A stretch of DNA of 64,000 nucleotides from Paracoccaceae bacterium (GCA_018222585.1 JAAFAB010000003.1:249781-313780); one strand, 5' to 3'; positions 39,858 through 50,227 are shown, counted from the first letter of the stretch. Notes: generated from the letters alone by a model not told the origin. Numbers and translations are program-made.

Positions 39858-41246
39858 TCAGTAGCGGTAATGCTCCGGCTTGAACGGCCCCTCGGGCGCC
39901 ACGCCGATATAGGCGGCCTGCTCGGGGCTCAGCTTGGTCAGCTTGGCGCCGACCTTGGCGAGGTGCAGGGCCGCGACCTTCTCATCCAGATGCTTGGGCA
40001 GGATGTAGACCTGGTTCTTGTAGTCGTCGCCCTTGGTGAACAGCTCGATCTGCGCCAGCACCTGGTTGGTGAACGACGCCGACATCACGAAGGAGGGGTG
40101 GCCGGTGGCATTGCCGAGGTTCAGCAAGCGACCTTCGGACAGCAGGATGATGCGGTTGCCCGAGGGCATCTCGATCATGTCCACCTGTTCCTTGATGTTG
40201 GTCCACTTGTGGTTCTTCAGCGCGGCGACCTGGATCTCGTTGTCGAAGTGGCCGATGTTGCCGAGGATCGCCATGTCCTTCATCGCGCGCATGTGCTCTA
40301 TGCGGACGATGTCCTTGTTGCCGGTGGTGGTGATGACGATGTCGACGTCGGAAATCACGTCTTCCAGCAGCACCACCTCGAAACCGTCCATGGCGGCCTG
40401 CAGGGCGCAGATCGGATCCGCCTCGGTCACCTTCACGCGGGCACCGGCCCCGGCCAGCGAGGCGGCAGAGCCCTTGCCCACGTCGCCGTAACCGCAGACC
40501 ACGGCGACCTTGCCGGCCATCATCACGTCGGTGGCGCGGCGGATGCCGTCGACCAGCGATTCCTTGCAACCGTACTTGTTGTCGAACTTCGACTTGGTCA
40601 CCGAGTCGTTGACGTTGATCGCCGGGAAGGGCAGCTGGCCCTGCTTGTGCAGCTCGTACAGACGATGGACGCCGGTGGTGGTTTCCTCGGAGACGCCGAC
40701 GATCTGGTCGCGCACCTTGGTGAACCAGCCCGGGGACTGTTCCATCCGCTTGGCGATCTGCGCCTTGATCACCGCCTCTTCCTCCGAGGTCGGGACGGGG
40801 ATGATATCCTCACCCGCCTCGGCCCGGGCGCCGAGCAGGACGTAGAGCGTCGCATCGCCGCCATCATCCAGGATCATGTTCGGCCCGTCCTCGAACTGGA
40901 ACGAGCGGTCGAGGTAATCCCAGTGCTCTTCCAGGCTCTGACCCTTGATGGCGAAGACCGGGGTGCCCCCGGCGGCGATCGCGGCGGCGGCGTGGTCCTG
41001 GGTCGAGAAGATGTTGCACGACGCCCAGCGGACATCCGCGCCAAGCGCCACCAGCGTCTCGATCAGGCAGGCGGTCTGGATGGTCATGTGGAGCGAGCCG
41101 ACGATGCGGGCGCCCTTCAGCGGCTTGGTCTCGCCGAATTCCGCGCGGCAGGCCATCAGGCCCGGCATCTCGGTTTCGGCGATATCCAGTTCCTTGCGAC
41201 CATAGTCGGCCAGGGCAATGTCCTTAACGATGTAGTCTTGGGTCAT
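39858..41246 (-). CDS. ahcY: Adenosylhomocysteinase
   Basis: [45 protein letters not shown]-term KPEHYRY. Confidence 0.98.
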   Translation of the reverse strand: MTQDYIVKDIALADYGRKELDIAETEMPGLMACRAEFGETKPLKGARIVGSLHMTIQTACLIETLVALGADVRWASCNIFSTQDHAAAAIAAGGTPVFAIKGQSLEEHWDYLDRSFQFEDGPNMILDDGGDATLYVLLGARAEAGEDIIPVPTSEEEAVIKAQIAKRMEQSPGWFTKVRDQIVGVSEETTTGVHRLYELHKQGQLPFPAINVNDSVTKSKFDNKYGCKESLVDGIRRATDVMMAGKVAVVCGYGDVGKGSAASLAGAGARVKVTEADPICALQAAMDGFEVVLLEDVISDVDIVITTTGNKDIVRIEHMRAMKDMAILGNIGHFDNEIQVAALKNHKWTNIKEQVDMIEMPSGNRIILLSEGRLLNLGNATGHPSFVMSASFTNQVLAQIELFTKGDDYKNQVYILPKHLDEKVAALHLAKVGAKLTKLSPEQAAYIGVAPEGPFKPEHYRY

Positions 41247-41418
41247 CCGTCACTCCAGAAGGGTTCGATCGGTTGGGCAAAGGGGTAGCACCGCCCGTGG
41301 GGGGAGACAACGAGGTTGACCGCCCCCTGGGGGCTTCTTACGAGTAAGGTAGTAAACTGACCCTGAAGAAACATTCCGGCGCCGGAAACATCCCGGGTCG
41401 CTCCCCGACGAAGGCGTC

Positions 41419-42366
41419 ATGACCAGGTCCGCAGAACCGCCCCGCAATGCCGTCGTCATCACCTGCGACCAGGCGCATCTGGCCTTCGCGGCGATGACCT
41501 TTCACGCGGTTGCCCGCCTCCATCCCCACCGCAGGTTCGACCTGCTACTGGCCACCACCGCCGACTTCACCTTGCCACCGGTCCTGGCCGATATGGGCGT
41601 GACCCTGCTGCGGATCCCCCGACCGGCGGGCAGCGAGGCACTGAAGAGCACCCGGCTGCCCTTCGAAGCCTACCTGAGGCTCTGGGTGCCCGAGCGGCTG
41701 GTCGGTCGCTACGACCGGCTGATCTACATGGACACCGACATGCTGGTCCAGCGCCCGGGACTCGACGCGCTGTTCGGCGTCGACCTGGGGCCGCATCCCC
41801 TGGGCGCGGTGCTGGAGCGGCCGATGTGGTCGCGCCCGGGGCGCAATGCCCGGGATTTCCGCTACATGGGCCTGCCGCCGGCGCCCTATTTCAACAGTGG
41901 CCTGATGCTGATCGACATCGCCGCCTGGCAACAGGGCGGGCTGCTGCAGCGCAGCCTCGACCTGGCCGCGGCCGAGCAGGACCGGCTGCAGTACCATGAC
42001 CAGTCGCTGCTGAACGTGGTGCTGCATCGCAACTGGGCACAGCTGCATCCGGCGTGGAACTGGCAGTGGATGCTGCATCACCCCATGGCCGAGCCCCTGC
42101 ACGATCCCGTCGTGCTGCATTTCTTCGGGCCGACGAAGCCCTGGAACGATCCCCGGGGCCTGCTGCCCGCCCGCGTCCGGGCCGAATATGCGCTGTTCCT
42201 GCAGCGCCATTTTCCCGCGACAGCGATCGAACAGGGCCCGCCGCGCGGGCGCCTGCCAAGTCCCGGGCTGGCTCGCCTCGCCCTGCGCCAGTGGCGCCAC
42301 GGGCGCCCCTTCGCCCGCTACCTGCGGCGCTTTGACTCCGAATTCGACACCCTGCTGCAGGGCTGA
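41419..42366 (+). CDS. Glycosyltransferase family 8 (RfaJ/WaaJ-like)
   Basis: YMDTD DxD motif, YFNSGLML, HDQSLLN, WN, HFFG..KPW. Confidence 0.9.
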   Translation: MTRSAEPPRNAVVITCDQAHLAFAAMTFHAVARLHPHRRFDLLLATTADFTLPPVLADMGVTLLRIPRPAGSEALKSTRLPFEAYLRLWVPERLVGRYDRLIYMDTDMLVQRPGLDALFGVDLGPHPLGAVLERPMWSRPGRNARDFRYMGLPPAPYFNSGLMLIDIAAWQQGGLLQRSLDLAAAEQDRLQYHDQSLLNVVLHRNWAQLHPAWNWQWMLHHPMAEPLHDPVVLHFFGPTKPWNDPRGLLPARVRAEYALFLQRHFPATAIEQGPPRGRLPSPGLARLALRQWRHGRPFARYLRRFDSEFDTLLQG

Positions 42367-42427
42367 ATTGCATCGTGCTCCGCTCCGGCCTAGGCAGGGG
42401 CGGATCGTGCCGCAGAGGACCCCCCGC

Positions 42428-43021
42428 ATGAAACGACCCCGCGCCTGGCAAAGGATGCTCTCGGGCCGCAGGCTTGACCTGCTGGACCCGACCCCGATGG
42501 ATATCGAGGTCGAGGACATCGCCCATGGTCTTGCCTTCGTGGCGCGCTGGAACGGCCAGACACGGGGCGACCACGCCTATTCCGTCGCCGAGCATTCGCT
42601 GCTGGTCGAGGCGCTGTTCCGCCGCATGTGGGCCACCGCCAAACCGGCCGAGCTGCTGACCGCCCTGCTGCATGACGCGCCGGAATACGTGATCGGCGAC
42701 ATGATCAGCCCCGTGAAGGCCGCCGTCGGCCCCGACTACGGCCAGCTCGACGAACGTCTCTCGGCCGCCATCCACATCCGCTTTGGCCTGCCCGCCAAGA
42801 CGCCGGTGCGGCTGAAGCAACGGATCAAGAAGGCCGACAAGGTCTCGGCCTGGATGGAAGCGACGCAGATCGCCGGTTTCTCCGAGGCCGAGGCCACCCG
42901 CTTCTTCGGACGCCCCGCGCCCGAGCTGATCGAGGGCCTGGACATCGTGCTGCGCCCGCCGGTCGAGGCCCGCAACGAATTCACCGCCCGCCACGCAGAG
43001 CTGCTGAGGGCGCTGCCGTAG
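42428..43021 (+). CDS. HD-domain phosphohydrolase (YfbR-like)
   Basis: RWNGQT...YSVAEHS, LLHDAPEY, KKAD; ATG 42428. Confidence 0.9.
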   Translation: MKRPRAWQRMLSGRRLDLLDPTPMDIEVEDIAHGLAFVARWNGQTRGDHAYSVAEHSLLVEALFRRMWATAKPAELLTALLHDAPEYVIGDMISPVKAAVGPDYGQLDERLSAAIHIRFGLPAKTPVRLKQRIKKADKVSAWMEATQIAGFSEAEATRFFGRPAPELIEGLDIVLRPPVEARNEFTARHAELLRALP

Positions 43022-43024
43022 GAG

Positions 43025-43393
43025 TCAGAGCTGCGCCAGCCGGGGCAGGACATCCTCGGGGTCGGGCGTGTTCGACGCGCAGAGCCGCAGCCCGTGGCCG
43101 ATCACGTCATGGATCTGCGCCAGGGCCAGGGGCAGCACTGCCCGCGCAGCCTCTAGATCCTGCCGCCGCTGCTGCTCCATCTGGTAGCGGGCAACCAGCA
43201 AGGCAACCAACGCTGCAAAGATCGTCACAGGTATCGCGCTCAGGGCAGCCACCGCGCCCCAGTACTCCGGCGTCGCCATGCTGAAAGCCGCCAGGACCAT
43301 CACCGGCTCCGCCGAGGCGATGAACAGGCCGAAGGCCACGCCGTACCAGAATCCCACCGTTCTGAACTGGACGCCCATGCGCTTTGCCTCCAC
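43025..43393 (-). CDS. Small hypothetical membrane protein
   Basis: Two hydrophobic segments then a charged helix; occupies the whole gap; codon usage somewhat less GC-biased; start may be 43378. Confidence 0.5.
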   Translation of the reverse strand: MEAKRMGVQFRTVGFWYGVAFGLFIASAEPVMVLAAFSMATPEYWGAVAALSAIPVTIFAALVALLVARYQMEQQRRQDLEAARAVLPLALAQIHDVIGHGLRLCASNTPDPEDVLPRLAQL

Positions 43394-43440
43394 CTTCGCC
43401 GCCGATGGCCCATCAAGGCCGCCCCGAGAGGAGAAGACAA

Positions 43441-43932
43441 GTGCCCAGCCTCCATATCCGCCGCGCCGGGCGGCTCGACTGCACCCAGATGGCCGAGCTG
43501 CTGAACGAGATCATCGCCCTCGGCGGCACCACCGCCATGACCCGCCCGGTCACCGGCGAGGCGCTCTCGGGCTGGATGCAGCGCGATCCCCGCGCCATCT
43601 GGCATGTGGCCGAGGACGAGGGCGGCGAGATCCTCGGCTTCCAGTACGTCGAGCCCCATGCCGGGCTGGGCGCCGAGGTGGCGCAGATCGCCACCTTCGC
43701 GCGGGTCGGACGCACCGGGCTGGGCATCGGCTCGCGGTTGTTCGAGGCGACGGCGCAGGCCGCGCGGGCCGAAGGCTACGCCTGGATCAATGCCGAGATC
43801 CGCGCCGACAATGCCTCTGGCCTGACCTACTACCAGTCGCGCGGCTTCGAGGACTGGGGCCGCATCGAGGGCAAGCGGATCGCCGAGGACCTGGTCGTCG
43901 ACAAGGTTCTGAAGCGCTACGACCTGGGCTAG
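43441..43932 (+). CDS. GNAT family N-acetyltransferase
   Basis: GRTGLGIGSRL acetyl-CoA loop, N...LTYYQSRGF; GTG start with GAGGAG upstream. Confidence 0.9.
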   Translation: MPSLHIRRAGRLDCTQMAELLNEIIALGGTTAMTRPVTGEALSGWMQRDPRAIWHVAEDEGGEILGFQYVEPHAGLGAEVAQIATFARVGRTGLGIGSRLFEATAQAARAEGYAWINAEIRADNASGLTYYQSRGFEDWGRIEGKRIAEDLVVDKVLKRYDLG

Positions 43933-43994
43933 GCGCCCGCGCTGCTAGATAAATTATATTGCAAAGCGTAAGTTTTACCGTCAAACATGCTGTC

Positions 43995-44444
43995 ATGGAC
44001 GATATTGACCGCAAGATCATCACCCTTCTCGCCGAAGATGCCCGGCGCTCCCTCTCCGATATCGGCGGTGCCGTGGCGCTGTCGGCCTCGGCGGTGAACG
44101 AACGTATCCGGCGGCTGACCGCGTCGGGCGTGATCCGCCGCTTTACCGTCGAGGTCGAGCCGAAGGCGCTTGGCCGCGATACGCTGGTCTATCTCTGGCT
44201 CGCCCTGCGCGACGGCGCGGACGAAGAGGCGTTCCGTGTCTTCGCCGCCCGTCATCCGGCGATCGAGGAATGTCACCATGTCACCGGCGCCTGGTCCTAC
44301 CTGGCCAAGCTGCGCCTCGGGGGCATCGCCGAGATCGAGCCGGTGCTGGACGAGATCAAGGCGGGCGGATTCCTCGGGCGCAGCGAGACGATGATCGCGC
44401 TCTCCTCGCCGCGCGAGATCGGGGTGATCCCCGGCCCGGCCTGA
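43995..44444 (+). CDS. Lrp/AsnC family regulator
   Basis: MDDIDRKII..L..DAR, VNERIRRL, CHHVTGAWSYL. Confidence 0.93.
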   Translation: MDDIDRKIITLLAEDARRSLSDIGGAVALSASAVNERIRRLTASGVIRRFTVEVEPKALGRDTLVYLWLALRDGADEEAFRVFAARHPAIEECHHVTGAWSYLAKLRLGGIAEIEPVLDEIKAGGFLGRSETMIALSSPREIGVIPGPA

Positions 44445-45073
44445 TGGAGGCGCTGTTTCTCAAGGGCGCCGGGCTGGGGCTGGCGGTGGCGGCGCCCCTC
44501 GGGCCGATCGGGGCGCTTTGCATCGCGCGAACGCTGGAGCGCGGCTTTGCCGCCGGTCTCTCGGGCGGGCTGGGCACGGCGCTGGCGGACGCCGCCTATG
44601 CGGCCATGGCGGCGCTCGGCTTCGCGGTCTTCGCGGGGGTGCTGGCGGTCATCGACCTGCCGCTGAGGCTGGCGGGCGGCGCCTTCATGCTCTGGCTCGG
44701 GCTGCGGGGGCTGCGCAGGACACCGCCCCGGGCCGAAGCCGGCATCGCCATCGGGGCGCGGGACCTGCTGGGCACGGTGGCGGCGACCTTCCTGCTGACC
44801 CTGGCCAACCCCTCGACCATCCTCAGCTTCGCGGCGCTCTTTGCCGGGCTGGGGCTGGCCTCGGACGCGGGTCCGGGGGCGGCAGGGGTGGTCACTGCGG
44901 GGGTCTTCTGTGGCTCGATGCTGTGGTGGACGCTGCTCTCGGGCGCCGTGGCGGCCAGCCGCCACCGGCTGCCTCAGGGCTTCACCACCTGGGTGGCACG
45001 CCTCTCGGCGCTGATCCTGACGGGCTTCGGCCTCTGGGCCATCGGTTCGGCCCTGCGACTGCTGGCGACTTAG
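44444..45073 (+). CDS. LysE family exporter
   Basis: AAPLGPIG, GLGTALAD, TLANPSTI; TGATG coupling to the Lrp gene. Confidence 0.92.
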   Translation: MEALFLKGAGLGLAVAAPLGPIGALCIARTLERGFAAGLSGGLGTALADAAYAAMAALGFAVFAGVLAVIDLPLRLAGGAFMLWLGLRGLRRTPPRAEAGIAIGARDLLGTVAATFLLTLANPSTILSFAALFAGLGLASDAGPGAAGVVTAGVFCGSMLWWTLLSGAVAASRHRLPQGFTTWVARLSALILTGFGLWAIGSALRLLAT

Positions 45074-45126
45074 CGGCACCCGGAGCCACGGGGATGTGCG
45101 CTCCGGGTACCGGGGGAACGGAGTGG

Positions 45127-48100
45127 TTATTCCCCTGCGTCGGCAAGCAGCGCCGCGTTGCCGCCTGCCGCCGTGGTATCAACACAAAGATGCCTCTCAT
45201 GTAGGACATGGCCGCGATCCGGCAAGGCGGTGACCAGCGGCAGGATGGCGCCATCGCGTGCGGCCAACGCCCGGGCGAAGGCGCGGGCCTGGTCGGCATC
45301 GCCCCACCAGATCACCCCCGCGATCCCGGCAAGGCTTTCCAGCACCCCGGCCTCGGGCACACCCCCGGCTGCCAGGGCCTGCCCGCCAAGCGCCTCGACG
45401 GCGGCGACCTGGGCGGCCTCGGCCTCGGGGCCTGGACCCATGCAGAGCAGGGGGGCGCGCTGGTAGGCGGCGAGGCGGTTCAGCTCTCCGGTCGGGCCGG
45501 GCATCAGCTGCTCGCTGACCGGGGCGCCCTCGGAGAAACCGGCAAGCTTCCGTTCCAGCCGGTCGGCGCTGACCGGGCCGTCGACCTCGCCCGCCATCGG
45601 CGCCGGCGCGGCGCGGAACCGGTCGAGGTAGTTCGGCCCGCCCGCCTTCGGCCCTGTGCCCGACAGCCCCTCGCCACCGAAGGGCTGGGACCCGACGATG
45701 GCGCCGATCTGGTTGCGGTTGACGTAGAGGTTGCCGGCGTGGATCGCCTCGGTCACCTCCTGCACACGGGTGTCGATGCGGGTGTGCAGCCCGAAGGTCA
45801 GCCCGAAGCCGGTGGCATTGATCGCCGCGATCACCCTGCCCAGATCGCGCCCCTTGAAGGTGGCGACATGCAGCACCGGACCGAAGATCTCGCGGTCCAT
45901 CTCCTCGATACCGCCGACCTGCAGCAGGGTCGGGGCGACGAAGGTGCCGCCCTCGGGCACCGACAGTTCGTGCAGCAGGCGTCCGGCGGCACGCGCCTTG
46001 GCGAGGTAGTCGGCAATGCCGCTGCGCGCCTCTTCGTCGATCACCGGGCCGACGTCGGTCGACAGCTGCCAGGGATCGCCGACGCGCAGCTCGTCCATGG
46101 CGCCCTTGATCATCTCGATCATCTGCGGCGCGATATCCTCCTGCAGGTAGAGGCAGCGCAGCGCCGAGCACCGCTGTCCCGCCGACTGGAAGGACGAGGC
46201 GACGATATCGCGCACCGCCTGCTCGGGCAGCGCGGTGCTGTCGACGATCATCGCGTTCAACCCGCCGGTCTCGGCCACCAGCGGCGCGTCGGGGGTCATC
46301 GCCCCGGCCATGGCACGGCGGATGATCTTCGCCGTCTCGGTCGAGCCGGTGAAGGCGACGCCCTGCACCTTGTCCGAGGCCGTCAGCAGGGCACCGACCC
46401 GGCCATCGCCCGGCAGCAGTTGCAGCGCAACCGCCGGAACCCCGGCCTCGTGCAGCAGGCGCACGGCGATGGCGGCGGTCAGGCAGGTCTGCTCGGCAGG
46501 CTTGGCCAGCACGCCGTTGCCCGCCGCCAGCGCGGCCGAAATCTGGCCGGTGAAGATCGCCAGCGGGAAGTTCCATGGGCTGATCGCGGTGAAGATGCCA
46601 CGCGGGGCATCCTCGCGCCGGGCGCCCTCGTTGGCATAGTAGCGCAGGAAGTCGACGGCCTCGCGCAGTTCCCCCACGCAGTCGTTCAGCGTCTTGCCCG
46701 CCTCGCGCGCCAGAGCGGCGAAGAAGAGGCCGAAGTTGGCTTCATAGAGATCGGCGGCGCGTTTCAGCACCGCGGCGCGCTCGTCCGGGCTGGCCTCCCA
46801 GGGCGCGGCGGCGGCAATCGCCCCGGCGACACAGGCCTCGTCGGCCTCGATCACCTGCGCCACGACGGAGCCGTCAGCCGGGTTCACCACATCCCGCGCG
46901 GTGCCCGACACGGCACCCGCCACCAGCGGGCCTGCATCGGGAATCTGCACGTCCCGCGCGGCGTAGATCCCGGCCAGCACCTCTTCGTCGGTCAGGTCGA
47001 ACCCGCGCGAATTGCGCCGCCCCTCGCCGAACAGCGCGCGCGGATGCTCAAGCCCCTGCGGCGCCTTCGCAGCGGCCAGCGCCTCGAAGGGATCCAGGGC
47101 GATTTCCTCGGGCGTCACATCCTCGTCGACGATCTGGTTGACGAAAGAGCTGTTGGCCCCGTTTTCCAGCAGGCGCCGCACCAGGTAGGCCAGCAGGTCC
47201 TTGTGGGCGCCGACGGGGGCATAGATGCGGCAACGTCCGTTGCCCTGCCTGATCACGATGTCATGCAGCCGCTCGCCCATGCCATGCAGGCGCTGGAATT
47301 CGTACTCGATCCCCTCGGCCATCTCGAGGACGGCGGCGACGGTATGGGCGTTGTGGGTGGCGAACTGCGGATAGATCCGGTCGGCATAGCCGATCAGCTT
47401 CCTGGCATTGGCGATGTAGGAAACATCGGTGGCCACCTTCGAGGTGAACAGCGGAAAGTCCTCAAGCCCCTCGACCTGGGCCAGCTTCATCTCGGTATCC
47501 CAGTAGGCGCCCTTGACCAGCCGCACCATGATCCGGCGGTCGTATGTCTCGGCAGTCTGGTAGAGCCAGTCGATGACCGCCCCGGCGCGCTTGCCATAGG
47601 CCTGCACGACCACGCCGAAGCCTTCCCAGCCGGCCAGCTCGGGGTCCTTCAGCACCGCCTCGATCACCTTCAGCGACAGGACCAGCCGGTCCTGCTCCTC
47701 GGCGTCGATGTTCAGCCCCATGCCGGCGGCGCGCGCCTTGCGGGCCAGGCCCGAGACCACGGGCACCAGCTCCTCCATCACGCGGTCTTCCTGGGCGACC
47801 TCGTAGCGGGGATGCAGGGCCGAGAGCTTGATCGAGATGCCGGGGTTGTCCTTCACCGCCGCATGGGTGCAGCCCTTGGAGATGGCGGCGATGGCATCGG
47901 CATAGTCGCGGGCATAGCGGGCGGCATCGCCGGCGGTCATCGCGGCCTCGCCCAGCATGTCGTAGCTGTAGGTATAGCCCTGGGACTCCCGGGTCTTCGC
48001 GCGCTCCATGGCCTTCTCGATGGTCTCGCCAAGGACGAACTGGCGGCCCATCTCCTTCATCGCACGACCGACGGCAGTGCGGATCACCGGCTCGCCCAGG

Positions 48101-48555
48101 CGCTTGACGGCGCCGCGCAGGGTGGCGGCCATGCGCGGGCCCTCGTCGTCCAGAACCTTGCCCGTCAGCATCAGTGCCCAGGTCGAGGCATTGACCAGCG
48201 GCGAAGAGGCGCGCCCAACGTGCGACGACCAATCCGAGGGCGCGATCTTGTCCTCGATCAGCGCATCGATGGTCAGCTTGTCGGGCACCCGCAGCATGGC
48301 CTCGGCCAGGCACATCAGCGCCACGCCCTCGCGGGTGGAAAGACCGTATTCGCCCAGGAAATGCTCCATCAGCGTCGGCCGCTGGCTGCTGCGGATCTCG
48401 CGCACCAACTCGGCGGCGCGGTGCGAGATCATCGCCCGCGCCTGATCGCTCAACCCTGCGCCGCGCACCAGGGAGGCCGCCAACGCGGCCTCGTCGGCAT
48501 GTTTGGCGGCGCCTTCCATGGCGGCGAAGCGGCGGTCTGTCGATTGATCCTGCAT
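45127..48555 (-). CDS. putA: Bifunctional proline dehydrogenase / P5C dehydrogenase
   Basis: YSYDMLGEAA, SIKLSALHPRY, NIDAEE, RLVKGAYWD, FATHNA, ETGGLN, QRCSA, EIFGP. Confidence 0.98.
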   Translation of the reverse strand: MQDQSTDRRFAAMEGAAKHADEAALAASLVRGAGLSDQARAMISHRAAELVREIRSSQRPTLMEHFLGEYGLSTREGVALMCLAEAMLRVPDKLTIDALIEDKIAPSDWSSHVGRASSPLVNASTWALMLTGKVLDDEGPRMAATLRGAVKRLGEPVIRTAVGRAMKEMGRQFVLGETIEKAMERAKTRESQGYTYSYDMLGEAAMTAGDAARYARDYADAIAAISKGCTHAAVKDNPGISIKLSALHPRYEVAQEDRVMEELVPVVSGLARKARAAGMGLNIDAEEQDRLVLSLKVIEAVLKDPELAGWEGFGVVVQAYGKRAGAVIDWLYQTAETYDRRIMVRLVKGAYWDTEMKLAQVEGLEDFPLFTSKVATDVSYIANARKLIGYADRIYPQFATHNAHTVAAVLEMAEGIEYEFQRLHGMGERLHDIVIRQGNGRCRIYAPVGAHKDLLAYLVRRLLENGANSSFVNQIVDEDVTPEEIALDPFEALAAAKAPQGLEHPRALFGEGRRNSRGFDLTDEEVLAGIYAARDVQIPDAGPLVAGAVSGTARDVVNPADGSVVAQVIEADEACVAGAIAAAAPWEASPDERAAVLKRAADLYEANFGLFFAALAREAGKTLNDCVGELREAVDFLRYYANEGARREDAPRGIFTAISPWNFPLAIFTGQISAALAAGNGVLAKPAEQTCLTAAIAVRLLHEAGVPAVALQLLPGDGRVGALLTASDKVQGVAFTGSTETAKIIRRAMAGAMTPDAPLVAETGGLNAMIVDSTALPEQAVRDIVASSFQSAGQRCSALRCLYLQEDIAPQMIEMIKGAMDELRVGDPWQLSTDVGPVIDEEARSGIADYLAKARAAGRLLHELSVPEGGTFVAPTLLQVGGIEEMDREIFGPVLHVATFKGRDLGRVIAAINATGFGLTFGLHTRIDTRVQEVTEAIHAGNLYVNRNQIGAIVGSQPFGGEGLSGTGPKAGGPNYLDRFRAAPAPMAGEVDGPVSADRLERKLAGFSEGAPVSEQLMPGPTGELNRLAAYQRAPLLCMGPGPEAEAAQVAAVEALGGQALAAGGVPEAGVLESLAGIAGVIWWGDADQARAFARALAARDGAILPLVTALPDRGHVLHERHLCVDTTAAGGNAALLADAGE

Positions 48556-48668
48556 CCGGGTCTCCCTTCGGGCTATGGCCGGGTTCTATCAGGTTGCCTC
48601 TGGCCGATCCGACCAAAGAGGTGCGATACTGAAGGCGTTCAGACTTTTATCAGCGGGATATGCAGCCA

Positions 48669-49136
48669 ATGAGCACGGAAACCCTCGACCCTACCGACCG
48701 CAAGATCCTGGCCGCCCTGACCGACAACGCGCGCCTTCCGGTGACCGAACTGGCGCGCCGCGTCGGCCTGTCCAAAACCCCCGTCGCCGCCCGGCTGAAG
48801 GCGCTCGAGGACGGCGGGGTGATCACCGGCTACCGGGCCTGCCTGTCGCCGATCAAGCTGGGCCTCACCCATGTCAGCTTCGTCGAGGTGCGCCTTTCGG
48901 ACACCCGCCAGAAGGCGCTGGAAGAGTTCAACACGGCAGTGCGCCGGGTCACGGAGATAGAGGAATGCTACATGATCGCCGGGGGATTCGACTACCTGCT
49001 GAAGGTCCGCTCGCGCGACATGTCCCACTACCGGCAGATCATGGCCGACGTGATCTCGGCCCTGCCGCACATGGCCTCGACCTCGACCTACGTGGCGATG
49101 GAAGCGGTGGTGGAAGCCTCGGCGCTGACGCTGTGA
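48669..49136 (+). CDS. putR: Lrp-family activator divergent from putA (PutR)
   Basis: Lrp HTH plus CYMIAGGFDYLLKV; divergent from putA as in Rhodobacter and Agrobacterium. Confidence 0.85.
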   Translation: MSTETLDPTDRKILAALTDNARLPVTELARRVGLSKTPVAARLKALEDGGVITGYRACLSPIKLGLTHVSFVEVRLSDTRQKALEEFNTAVRRVTEIEECYMIAGGFDYLLKVRSRDMSHYRQIMADVISALPHMASTSTYVAMEAVVEASALTL

Positions 49137-49175
49137 AGGGCTCCGTCGCCCAAAGGCGACACGCAGAGGGGGAAG

Positions 49176-49402
49176 AGGGGGCTCTGCCCCCATCTCCTGC
49201 GGAGATTCCCCCGGAGGTATTTTCAGCCTGGTGATGATCAAGTGGGGCAGTGACAGGGAGGCGGCCTCCGTCTCAACCGGGAGCGTGCCACGCTCCCAAT
49301 GGCAAAGTAGGTCAGGCAATTGGCAATGCCCCGCATCATCACCAGGCTGAAAATACTCCGGGGGTGAGGGCGCCGCAGGCGACCGAGGGGGCAGAGCCCC
49401 CT
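49176..49402. repeat. Composite palindromic element copy A (MITE/REPIN-like, 227 bp)
   Basis: 16-bp terminal inverted repeats AGGGGGCTCTGCCCCC/GGGGGCAGAGCCCCCT, inner ~31-bp inverted arms (49208-49238, 49335-49364), 96-bp core; near-identical to 53122-53351. Confidence 0.9.
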
Positions 49403-50162
49403 ACCTGAGCACCCGTTTCAGCTCGGCCTGCAGGCGTTCGAGAGCGGGGAGGTAGCGAGCGGGGATCTCCTCGGGAGGGGTATCGCGGACCGGCAGGCCG
49501 AGGTTCAGGGCGGCGACGGTGCGCCCATGGGCGTCCCGGACCGGGACCGCGATAGAGCGAAGGCCCATTTCCACTTCCTGATCAATGACTTCATAACCCT
49601 GTGCGCGGACGTGTGCGAGCCGTTCCAGCAACGCTTCCGGGTCGGTGACCGTCAGCGGGGTGCGACGCGCCAGCTGCATGGCACCGAGGCGGGCACGCGC
49701 CTCGGCCTCGGGCAGGGCAGCGAGGAGGACCCTGCCCATGGAGGTGCAATAGGCCGGCAGGCGCGAGCCAGGCATCAGGGCGATCGACATCACCTTGCGC
49801 TGCGCGGCGCGGGCCACATAGACAACCTCCCCCTCGTCCAGAACCGACACGGAGGAGCTTTCTCCCAGCTCTTCGGAGAGTTGGTCGAGCCAGGGCTGGA
49901 CCATCTGGGCCAGCGGCAGTGTGGCCAGGCAGGCGGTGCCGAGACGCAGCACGCGGGGTGTCAGGGTGAAGAACTTGCCATCATGCGCGGCGTAGCCGAG
50001 GTCCGCCAGCGTCAGCAGGCAGCGCCGGGCGGTGGCACGGTCAAGGGCCGTCGCCTCGGCCACCTCGCTGATCGACTGGCGCGGATGATCGGCCGAGAAG
50101 CTCTCGATCACCCGCAACCCCTTGGCGAGGCCGGAAATCATGTCGCGCTGATTGAGACTCAT
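49401..50162 (-). CDS. pcaR: IclR-family regulator PcaR
   Basis: ISGLAKGLRVIE, RATARRCLLTL, PAYCTSMGRVLLA, DQEVEMGLRSIAVPV; alternative start 50210. Confidence 0.9.
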   Translation of the reverse strand: MSLNQRDMISGLAKGLRVIESFSADHPRQSISEVAEATALDRATARRCLLTLADLGYAAHDGKFFTLTPRVLRLGTACLATLPLAQMVQPWLDQLSEELGESSSVSVLDEGEVVYVARAAQRKVMSIALMPGSRLPAYCTSMGRVLLAALPEAEARARLGAMQLARRTPLTVTDPEALLERLAHVRAQGYEVIDQEVEMGLRSIAVPVRDAHGRTVAALNLGLPVRDTPPEEIPARYLPALERLQAELKRVLR

Positions 50163-50227
50163 CCCGTCCTGCCTTTCGCCGATTTTCCGTGTCGGCATCA
50201 CGTCGGTCATTTCGTCGGCGCGGCCAT

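Noticed and set aside
41247-41418. SAH or SAM/SAH riboswitch upstream of ahcY
   Set aside because: No recognisable conserved riboswitch core; a covariance-model scan would be needed to exclude it fully.
43995-45073. Lrp and LysE genes in tandem rather than divergent
   Set aside because: An ordinary amino-acid efflux module; the orientation alone is not notable.
45208-48672. Very long antisense ORFs (1154 aa opposite putA; likewise 2420-4897, 10472-12592, 15946-18363, 51004-53025 and others)
   Set aside because: Shadow frames of real genes in high-GC DNA; the translations lack family motifs and mirror the codon bias of the sense gene.
48639-49319. Shared peptide HWERGTLPV...[13 protein letters not shown] in ORFs at 48639-49319 and 53070-53267
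   Set aside because: It is simply the translation of the duplicated DNA element; the frames diverge outside it and one overlaps putR antisense.
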